Translations under genes and position numbers: made by a program
Source of the DNA: an uncultured Microthrixaceae bacterium
GTDB taxonomy: Bacteria > Actinomycetota > Acidimicrobiia > Acidimicrobiales > DATDAH01
Length of the DNA stretch: 64,000 nt
Direction: 5' to 3'
NCBI GenBank assembly: GCA_964470715.1
Contig: CAYYDZ010000002.1
Span: 591 to 64,590 of the forward strand
In this document: piece after piece, positions 51,087-58,444 of the stretch
Position numbering within the stretch: the first letter of the stretch is position 1
Layout of the letters: the number at the start of each line of letters is the position of its first letter
The notes under the pieces: generated by a model
Database searches by the model: none
What the model was told of the DNA's origin: nothing
The model's input: only the letters and a program-made list of their open reading frames with translations

Positions 51087-52537
51087 GGCGCCTGCTGGCC
51101 GGCGAGCTCGTCGGCCCCCACCCACCAGGAGTGGTAGCCCGCCGGCACCCGGCCGGGGACCGCCAGGCGGCACACCGGCCCGTCCTCGAGGCGCTCGGCG
51201 TCCAGGACGTGCACCTCCGACGCGCCGGTCGTCTCCTCGACCACGAAGGTGACCAGGTAGCCGGCGGCCTCGTCGGTGGCCCCCGCCTTCGGGCAGAACG
51301 ACGTCTCGCCGCCGAACCAGCCCTCGGGCCACGCGTGGGTGACCGTCTCGCCAGTGGCGCGGTCGTGGCGGATCACCCCGTCGAAGGCGAGGGCGGAGCG
51401 GTCGGCGAAGCGCATCAGGTACGAGTACCGGAACTCGCGGCCGAAGCGGCGCACGTCGATCTTCGGGAACTCGGCGATGTGGTCGTCGATGCGGCGCTTG
51501 GTGATGGCCCCGGTGGCCAGGTGGAACGTCCACTCGGTGAGGTACGGCTCCAGGCGCAGCATCGCGATCTGCGGGGCGTCGATGAGGTCGGGGGCGTTGC
51601 CCGGGTCCGACGCCAGCGGGTCGGCGATCTCGCAGCCGACCAGGCGCACCACGGCGTTGCCGTCGTCGTCGGCCTCTTCCCAGGCGTTGCACACGTGGTA
51701 CATGAAGCACGGGTCCGTCTCGAACCAGCGCACGTCGGCCGTGGGCGCGGTGGTGTCGCTGTCTCGGCCGACGAGTCCGAAGCGCGACGGGCGGTGGCGG
51801 TGGAAGGCGAGGCGGCTGCGGCCGTCCTGCTGCTCCCACATGAAGGGGAAGTCGAACACGACGATCCAGTCGTCGGTGAAGGCCAGGTCGTGCTGGAGAC
51901 GGGGGCCGCCGACCTCCACGGTCTGGCTGCGCACCACCTTCCCCTCGGGGGAGACGACGCCGAGGGTGAGGTACGGCGGCACCGGGTCGTAGTCGATGTA
52001 GAGCAGCTCGCCGGTGCGGGGGTCGACCTTGGGGTGGGCGGCGATGTGGGTCTGGAGCGTCCCGCCGAAGTCCTCACGGCCGAGGGTCTCGAGGTCGGGG
52101 AGCGAGAGGCGGTAGGCCTCGCCGCCGAGCCACCAGAGGGCGAGCAGCTCGCCGTTGAACCACACGAGGTCGGTGTTGGCGGTGTCCTTGAACACGTCCG
52201 GGAACTTCGAGAAGTCGGGCGGCTCGAGGATGCCGGTCCACAGCGCGTGGCCCGCCTCTTCCTCGGCGGCGAGGGCGCGGGTGCGCACGTAGCGGTTGGC
52301 GTAGTGGGCGCCGGCGTCGTCGAAGTGCACGGCGTGGACCATGCCGTCGCCGTCGAACCAGTGGTAGCGGCCCTCGGGCTCGAAGCGCGGGTTGCTCCCG
52401 TTGCGCACGTACGCACCCCGGAGATCGGCGGGAAGCCGGCCCGCGACGACCTCGAGGTCGGCGGAGCGCTCATCGTCGATCGGGGCGAAGATGCCCTCGA
52501 GGTACGGAGAGCGCTGCCCGATGCTGGTCATGGTCAT
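51083..52537 (-). CDS. Carotenoid / lignostilbene cleavage oxygenase (RPE65/CCD family)
   Basis: C-terminal 484 codons of ORF 51083..54175, starting at the ATG at 52537 (MTMTSIGQRSPYLEGIFAPI). Candidate Fe-ligand His residues: HWFDGDGMVH, AAHPKVD, LQHDLAFT, MYHVCNAW, GYHSWW. Confidence 0.85.
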   Translation of the reverse strand: MTMTSIGQRSPYLEGIFAPIDDERSADLEVVAGRLPADLRGAYVRNGSNPRFEPEGRYHWFDGDGMVHAVHFDDAGAHYANRYVRTRALAAEEEAGHALWTGILEPPDFSKFPDVFKDTANTDLVWFNGELLALWWLGGEAYRLSLPDLETLGREDFGGTLQTHIAAHPKVDPRTGELLYIDYDPVPPYLTLGVVSPEGKVVRSQTVEVGGPRLQHDLAFTDDWIVVFDFPFMWEQQDGRSRLAFHRHRPSRFGLVGRDSDTTAPTADVRWFETDPCFMYHVCNAWEEADDDGNAVVRLVGCEIADPLASDPGNAPDLIDAPQIAMLRLEPYLTEWTFHLATGAITKRRIDDHIAEFPKIDVRRFGREFRYSYLMRFADRSALAFDGVIRHDRATGETVTHAWPEGWFGGETSFCPKAGATDEAAGYLVTFVVEETTGASEVHVLDAERLEDGPVCRLAVPGRVPAGYHSWWVGADELAGQQAP

Positions 52538-52618
52538 GCGGGAACCCCCTGGCCCGACGCCCTTCGCCGGCACACGTCCCCATTCTGCCCCACACCGACG
52601 CGTGCCTACGCTGGATCG

Positions 52619-54316
52619 ATGTCCCTGCTCCTGCACCCCGGCCGGTTGGCCCGGCCCTATCCCGACGAGCGCAGCCGCGAGGTGATGGCCAAGACGGTGG
52701 CCTGGTTCGAGGCCCGCGGCAAGGAACGGCTCAAGGCCGACGACCACGCCGCGGTCTGGTACCAGGACTTCCTCGACTTCGTCGCCGCCGAAGGCATCTT
52801 CGCCACGATGTGCACACCCGCCGGCCTGGGTGCCGAGGACAGCCGCTGGGACACCTGGCGCATCTGTGAGTTCGCCGAGATCCTCGGCTTCTACGGCCTG
52901 CAGTACTGGTACACGTGGCAGGTCACGGTGCTCGGCCTCGGTCCGCTGTGGATGTCGAAGAACGAGGCGCTGCGGGAGCGGACCGCCGTCCTGCTCGCCG
53001 ACGGCGGGATCTTCGGCTTCGGCCTCTCGGAGAAGGCCCACGGCGCCGACCTCTACTCGACCGACATGGTGCTCGAGCCCCAGGGCGACGGGACCTACCT
53101 CGCCAACGGCTCGAAGTACTACATCGGCAACGGCAACCAGGCCGCGCTGGTCTCGGTGTTCGGCAAGCTCCCCGACGGCAACCCGGTGGCCTTCGCCGTC
53201 AGCTCGCAGCACCCCAGCTACGAGCTGGTCAAGAACGTGGTGTGGAGCCAGAACTACGTCTCGGAGTTCCGCCTGCACGACTACCCGATCACCGAGGCGG
53301 ACCTCATCGCCGTCGGCGCCGACGCGTGGAACGCCGGCCTCAACACCGTGAACATCGGCAAGTACAACCTGGGGTGGGCGTCGATCGGCATCTGCACCCA
53401 CGCCCTGTACGAGGCGGTGACCCACGCCCACCACCGGGTCCTCTACGGGCACCCCGTCACCGACTTCGCCCACGTGCGCCAGCTGTTCACCGACGCCTAC
53501 TGCCGGCTCGTGGCCATGAAGCTCGTCGCCCTGCGGGCCAGCGACTACTTCCGGTCGGCGTCGCTCGCCGACCGCCGCTACCTGCTGTTCAACCCGGTGG
53601 TGAAGATGAAGGTCACCACCCAGGGCGAGGACGTCATCAACCACCTGTGGGACGTCATCGCGGCCAAGGGCTTCGAGAAGGACATGTACTTCGAGGCTGC
53701 CGCCCGTGACATCCGGGCCCTGCCCAAGCTCGAGGGCACGGTGCACGTGAACATCTCGCTGATCGTGAAGTTCATGCACAACTACTTCTTCGAGCCCGCC
53801 GACGTGCCCGACGTTCCCCAGCGGGCCGACGCCGCCAACGACGACTTCCTGTTCGACCAGGGCCCGACCGGCGGGCTCTCGAAGGTGCGCTTCGGCCCGT
53901 GGCGGCGGCCCTTCGAGGCGAGCGCCCTGCCCAACGTGGCCGTGTTCCGCGAGCAGGCGGACGTGCTGGTCCGCTTCCTCGCCGAGACGCCCCTCGACGA
54001 GGCGCAGGCCCGCGACATCGACGTGCTGCTGGCGGTGGGGGAGATCTTCACCCTCGTGGTGTACGCCCAGCTGGTGCTGGAGAACGCCGCCATCTACGAC
54101 ATCGCCGACGACCTGATCGACCAGACCTTCGACGTGTTCGTGCGGGACCTGTCCCGCTTCGCGGTGCAGCTCCACGGCAAGCCCAGCACCACCCAGGCCC
54201 AGCAGGACCTCTGCCTCGCCATGATCCGCAAGCCCGTGGTCGACCCCGACCGGACCAACCGGGTGTGGGAAGGCGACGTGCTGGCGGTCTCCGGCGCCTA
54301 CGAGATGGCGCCCTGA
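52619..54316 (+). CDS. Acyl-CoA dehydrogenase-family protein (long, ~565 aa form)
   Basis: C-terminal part of ORF 51131..54316, starting at the ATG at 52619. Motifs: GFGLSEKAHGADLYSTDM, YLANGSKYYIGNGN, EGTVHVN. Confidence 0.75.
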   Translation: MSLLLHPGRLARPYPDERSREVMAKTVAWFEARGKERLKADDHAAVWYQDFLDFVAAEGIFATMCTPAGLGAEDSRWDTWRICEFAEILGFYGLQYWYTWQVTVLGLGPLWMSKNEALRERTAVLLADGGIFGFGLSEKAHGADLYSTDMVLEPQGDGTYLANGSKYYIGNGNQAALVSVFGKLPDGNPVAFAVSSQHPSYELVKNVVWSQNYVSEFRLHDYPITEADLIAVGADAWNAGLNTVNIGKYNLGWASIGICTHALYEAVTHAHHRVLYGHPVTDFAHVRQLFTDAYCRLVAMKLVALRASDYFRSASLADRRYLLFNPVVKMKVTTQGEDVINHLWDVIAAKGFEKDMYFEAAARDIRALPKLEGTVHVNISLIVKFMHNYFFEPADVPDVPQRADAANDDFLFDQGPTGGLSKVRFGPWRRPFEASALPNVAVFREQADVLVRFLAETPLDEAQARDIDVLLAVGEIFTLVVYAQLVLENAAIYDIADDLIDQTFDVFVRDLSRFAVQLHGKPSTTQAQQDLCLAMIRKPVVDPDRTNRVWEGDVLAVSGAYEMAP

Positions 54317-54332
54317 CGCCGGCGCCGCCGGC

Positions 54333-54968
54333 TCAGTCCTCGGGGGCGATGGAGGCGAAGGCGCGGGCCTTGTCGAGCGCCGCCATGCGCTCGTCGCTGG
54401 TGGCGGCGCCGACCAGCACGTAGTCGTCGGCGTACTCGGGACGGAGCTCGCCGTCGTCGTCGAGCAGCCAGGCCATGGCGAGGCGGCGGGGGACCCGCAC
54501 CCGGTCGGGGCGCTCGAGGGTGCCGAAGGCCCGGTCCCACCAGGGCACGCTCACGCCGTGGTTGGCCATGGGGTGGCCGAAGTGGTGGTGGAAGTGGTGG
54601 ATCCGCAGCCAGCGGGAGTAGGTGCCCGACGGCCCGCGCAGGTGGGCCTGGGCGTGGCAGTACTCGTAGACGCCGTAGCCGACCGCCCAGCCGAGCGCGA
54701 CCCCGAGGCCCACCGCCGACGAGCCGGTCAGGTACCAGAAGAGGGGCGTCCAGATGAGCCCACCCACGAGGCCGACGCCGATCCAGCTGAGGACGTTCGT
54801 GTAGGCGAGGCGCCAGTCGGCACGCACGTGGTGGAGCAGGTGCTCGCGGCTCATGATCCCCTTGCCGTGCAACTCGTGCATGGCGAAGCGGTGCAGGATG
54901 TACTCGCCGAGGGTCCAGAGCAGCCAGCCGCCGACGAAGGCGACGAGGAGAGCGAGGGGGAGGGGCAC
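54333..54968 (-). CDS. Fatty-acid hydroxylase / sterol desaturase-family membrane di-iron enzyme
   Basis: C-terminal 211 codons of ORF 54333..55430. The GTG at 54968 is preceded by AAGGA. TM segments plus His boxes HRFAMH, HLLHH and HHFHHH. Confidence 0.75.
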   Translation of the reverse strand: MPLPLALLVAFVGGWLLWTLGEYILHRFAMHELHGKGIMSREHLLHHVRADWRLAYTNVLSWIGVGLVGGLIWTPLFWYLTGSSAVGLGVALGWAVGYGVYEYCHAQAHLRGPSGTYSRWLRIHHFHHHFGHPMANHGVSVPWWDRAFGTLERPDRVRVPRRLAMAWLLDDDGELRPEYADDYVLVGAATSDERMAALDKARAFASIAPED

Positions 54969-54991
54969 GTGGGTGTCCTTTCGTGCAGCGT

Positions 54992-55765
54992 TCAGAGGTG
55001 GGCGGCGACCCAGCCGGCGGTGGCGGCCCGGGCGTCGGCGAGGTGGTGGGGGTCGGCGCCCCAGCCGCGGAGGAGGGCGGCGGTGAGCTCGTGGCCGAGG
55101 GTGGCGCCGGTGGTGGGGACGCCGGTGCCCAGGCCGTCGAGGAGCATCCCGCCGTTGAGGGCGGTGACCCAGGCGAGGGTGCGCAGGAGGTCGCCGTCGA
55201 GGGGGGACTCGGTCGGGTCCGTGGTGGTTGCCGGCGCCTGGAGGGCGCCGGCGGTGACGGCGTCGGCGAGCAGGCGGCGGGGGCGGTCGAGCACGCTCAT
55301 GGCCGCAGGCACGACGGTCGCGGCGTCGCCCGCCTCCTGGACGTTCGGGGTCGCCAACAGCTGCTGTTGGAGGCGGAACTCCCGGGGGTGGCTCTCGGGG
55401 GCGACGAGGAAGAGGTCGCTGAACACCCACAGGCGGGCGAGGGCGGCGACCTCGGGGCCGGGCGCCGGGTCGCCGGCGCCGTGCTCGAGGTCCCAGGCCT
55501 GGAGGGTGGACTCGGCCACGCCGCCCAGCGTGTGAAGCGCCCGCTGCTGCATCGCGGCGACGAGGGCGCTGCGCGACGGGAAGTACGTGTAGAGCGAGGC
55601 GGGGGCGTAGTCCGCCGCCTCGGCCAGCGCGGCCATGGTCACGCCTTCGACTCCGAGCCGCTCGCTCAGCTCGAGGGCCAGGTCCAGGAGGTCGTCACGT
55701 CGGGCGGCGCGCTTCCGGGCCCTGCGGTCGGGTTCAACCGATCGTTCTACGGTTTCCGAAGGCAC
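54992..55765 (-). CDS. TetR/AcrR-family transcriptional regulator
   Basis: ORF 54992..55765. N-terminal HTH: LLDLALELSERLGVEGVTMAALAEAADYAPASLYTYFPSRSAL. Confidence 0.85.
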   Translation of the reverse strand: MPSETVERSVEPDRRARKRAARRDDLLDLALELSERLGVEGVTMAALAEAADYAPASLYTYFPSRSALVAAMQQRALHTLGGVAESTLQAWDLEHGAGDPAPGPEVAALARLWVFSDLFLVAPESHPREFRLQQQLLATPNVQEAGDAATVVPAAMSVLDRPRRLLADAVTAGALQAPATTTDPTESPLDGDLLRTLAWVTALNGGMLLDGLGTGVPTTGATLGHELTAALLRGWGADPHHLADARAATAGWVAAHL

Positions 55766-55824
55766 GTCGGAAATCGTAGGTCATTCGCTTCCCGTGGTCA
55801 AGGCTCGGGCGGCGGTCGGCCGAC

Positions 55825-56943
55825 TCACGCCCACAGGGGGACGAGTTGGCGCCCGTCGACCCAGGCCTCCCAGTCGTTGCTGCAGCGGACGCGGGCCCAA
55901 TCGCCGGACCACTCGAGCACCTCGACGTCGAGGTCCGGATCGAGGGTGGCCACGGGCTCTGGGCCCGCGTTGGTCGTCGGCCACGCGGGGAGCCCGGTCC
56001 AGGGGATGTGGTGGGTGGCTCGGTAGGGGGTGGGAGTGGGCTCGGTGGCCGCCGGCTCGCTCGGCGCCGTCGCCGACGGCTCGGCTTCTGGCCACCGGCG
56101 GCCGTCGGTGAGGTCGAGCAGGTGGGTGCGGCAGAGCGCGTGGAGCTCGCGGCCCAACGCGGCGGCCGAGGCCGGGCGGGCGGCGGGGTCGCGGGTCATC
56201 GCCCGCGCCAGGAGGGCAGTGACGTCGTCCGGCGTGTCCGCGTTCAACGGGGCCGGTTCGGCCATCGTGATCCGGCGCACGACGCTGTCGACCGAATCGC
56301 CCTCAGCGACCAGGTGGGGCGGGTCCCCGGCGATCAGCTCGTGGAGAAGGGCGCCAAGTGCATAGATGTCGGCCGCCACGGACGGCTCGGCCCCGTCGAG
56401 CACTTCCGGGGCGATCCCCACGACCGAGCGAGGGGTCCTGGCCGCCCGTTCGGCCTCGCCGCCGACGACCCGCGCCACCCGGAAGACGGCGAGGAGGGGT
56501 GTTCCGTCGGCGGCGACCAGGACGGTCCCGGGACGGACATCGCCGTGCACGACACCGGTTCGGTGCGTGGCGGCGAGGGCGTGGGCGACGTGCAGTCCGA
56601 CGCGCACCGCTTCCTGCCACCCGAGCGCGCCCTGGCGCTGGAGGACGTCGGCGAGCGAACCCTCGGTCAGGAGTTCCATGACCACATGGGCGAAGCCCGC
56701 CTCGTCGACGGCGGCATCGTGGAGGGTGACGACGGCCGGGTGCTCCGAGAGCACACCCGCGGCGCGGGACTCCTCGGTGAAGCGAAGCCGGGCGTCCTCG
56801 TCGAGCGGCTCGCGCAGCACCTTGACCGCGACGGGCCGGCCGAAGGCGCTCTGGGTGGCCCGGTAGACGATGGCGAACGGGTCCTCGGCGAGGACCGTGG
56901 CGCCGTCGAGGCCGGGCACGGTCAGGGGCGGGTGGTCGGTCAT
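55825..56943 (-). CDS. Hanks-type Ser/Thr kinase-fold protein, predicted pseudokinase, with a C-terminal SH3-like domain
   Basis: ORF 55825..56943. VAVK Lys, alphaC Glu and APE are retained. The Gly-rich loop is LAEDPFAIVYRA (no Gly), HRDLKPxN is HGDVRPGT, and DFG is VFR. C-terminus: LEWSGDWARVRCSNDWEAWVDGRQLV. Confidence 0.7.
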   Translation of the reverse strand: MTDHPPLTVPGLDGATVLAEDPFAIVYRATQSAFGRPVAVKVLREPLDEDARLRFTEESRAAGVLSEHPAVVTLHDAAVDEAGFAHVVMELLTEGSLADVLQRQGALGWQEAVRVGLHVAHALAATHRTGVVHGDVRPGTVLVAADGTPLLAVFRVARVVGGEAERAARTPRSVVGIAPEVLDGAEPSVAADIYALGALLHELIAGDPPHLVAEGDSVDSVVRRITMAEPAPLNADTPDDVTALLARAMTRDPAARPASAAALGRELHALCRTHLLDLTDGRRWPEAEPSATAPSEPAATEPTPTPYRATHHIPWTGLPAWPTTNAGPEPVATLDPDLDVEVLEWSGDWARVRCSNDWEAWVDGRQLVPLWA

Positions 56944-56952
56944 CTCGCCGGC

Positions 56953-58356
56953 TCAGTCGGGGACTTCGAAGGTGATGGTGGCCGAGTCGGTTCCCGGGGT
57001 GAGGACCCCGGTGTCGCCGGCGACGAATTCGCCGTTCACCGAGACCTGGAGGTCGTAGTTGGCGCCGTCCTCGTCGCAGGCCCCGAAGTTCCGGACGAAG
57101 AGCTGGTAGGTGCCGGGAAGGGCCTGGCCCGGTCCCCAGAACGCCTCCTCGCCGTGGCTCCCGGTGTCCTCGCAGCCGGGGATGTCGTCGCCACCCACGA
57201 GCGTGCCCCCCGTCGACGTCGTCGGCGAGCTGAAGGACAGCTCCTCGCCACTCGGCTCGATGACGTGGAGGTCGAGGTCGTCGTTGCCACCCCAGGTGAG
57301 GATGACGTCGACATCGTTCTCACCCCCGAGGTCGTCGGGCGGCAGCGTGTCCGGGGGTGCGGTGCCCGGCGGAAGCGTGTTGTCCGGCGGGAGGGTCGTC
57401 GGGAGGGTCGTGTCGGTGTCCGTGCCGTCGCCTGGCTGGTCGTCGCCGCCGTCGGTGCCCGGGGGACGCGTGAAGGGGTCGCCGGTGTCGATGTCGGTGA
57501 TGACGAAGATCTGGATGGTCACGTTGATCTGGATCACGGTCAGGCTGGACGGGCTGAACCCCGTCCACCGGGGTCCGCGGAAGCGAGGTCGGGAGGAGAC
57601 GGCGGTGGGCGGGGTCAGCGGGTTGCCGCAGGCGCAGCGGGCACGGGGGATGCCCTGGCGATCGACCAGCACCGCGGTGCCTGCCTGCAGCACGGTCTGG
57701 ATCGTGGTGGCGCGCCCGTTCCGGAACCCATGATTGGTGACCCGGGTGTCCGTCCGGAGCTGCATCGAGGTGAGGCCGAGGATGTAGTCCTCGAGCTGGT
57801 TGAACCCGATGCCCTGCACGCCGGCCCACGCCCGACCCTTGTCGGGGTTGGCCTGGAGGAAGTCGATCATCTGACGTCGATCGCACTGGGACTGGTTCAG
57901 CGTCCCGCCGTAGAGGCCCGGCTGCGAGCCGTTGGCGCTGCGCACCTCGACCGGTCCGCCCGCCGAGGTACCCGTCGTGCCCTGCGCGGCCACTGGCCGG
58001 TTCGCGGTATTCGCCACGCTCTGGGTGAACGGATCGTCGCCGACGTCGGTGGCGGGGGCCAGGAAGATCTCGCCGGCCTCGGCGTCGTCCGAGGTCAAGA
58101 CGAGCACGCCGACCGTGGCGGCGACGAGCAGCACGACCACGCCGATCGCGATGCCCACGATCAGGCCGGTGTTCGATCGAGCGGGCGGTGGCGGCCCTGG
58201 CGGAGGTCCGGGCGGCCCGGGTGGGTTGCCGCCGTACCCGGCGCCGTAGTTGCCCGGCGGGGGTCCCGACGGCCCCCGCGGCGGACCGCTCGGAGGGGCG
58301 AAGGGGGGTGGTCCGGCAGGGGGCCCACCAGGTACCGGGGGTACGGGAGCGGTCAT
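56953..58356 (-). CDS. Single-pass membrane protein: Pro/Gly-rich cytoplasmic N-terminus and extracytoplasmic domains (the last resembles DUF2135/YfaP-type)
   Basis: ORF 56953..58356. Sequence: MTAPVPPVPGGPPAGPPPFAPPSGPP...; TM segment LIVGIAIGVVVLLVAATVGVLVL; C-terminus VDVILTWGGNDDLDLHVIEPSGEE...GTYQLFVRNFG. It ends 9 nt upstream of the pseudokinase start. Confidence 0.65.
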   Translation of the reverse strand: MTAPVPPVPGGPPAGPPPFAPPSGPPRGPSGPPPGNYGAGYGGNPPGPPGPPPGPPPPARSNTGLIVGIAIGVVVLLVAATVGVLVLTSDDAEAGEIFLAPATDVGDDPFTQSVANTANRPVAAQGTTGTSAGGPVEVRSANGSQPGLYGGTLNQSQCDRRQMIDFLQANPDKGRAWAGVQGIGFNQLEDYILGLTSMQLRTDTRVTNHGFRNGRATTIQTVLQAGTAVLVDRQGIPRARCACGNPLTPPTAVSSRPRFRGPRWTGFSPSSLTVIQINVTIQIFVITDIDTGDPFTRPPGTDGGDDQPGDGTDTDTTLPTTLPPDNTLPPGTAPPDTLPPDDLGGENDVDVILTWGGNDDLDLHVIEPSGEELSFSSPTTSTGGTLVGGDDIPGCEDTGSHGEEAFWGPGQALPGTYQLFVRNFGACDEDGANYDLQVSVNGEFVAGDTGVLTPGTDSATITFEVPD

Positions 58357-58444
58357 GGTTGCAGTGAACGCCCCGTGGCGACGCGCACCAAGGGTCCAAC
58401 GTCACCTGTCGGGGGTGACGGTCGTCACCGGTCACGGCGCCCGG

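Noticed and set aside
51131-52618. N-terminal 496 residues of ORF 51131..54316, and likewise the N-terminal parts of ORFs 51083..54175, 49848..51839, 54333..55430 and 60916..61833
   Set aside because: These extensions overlap well-supported genes on the other strand and lack coding-type composition. Internal starts that match family N-termini and RBS or overlap junctions were used instead.
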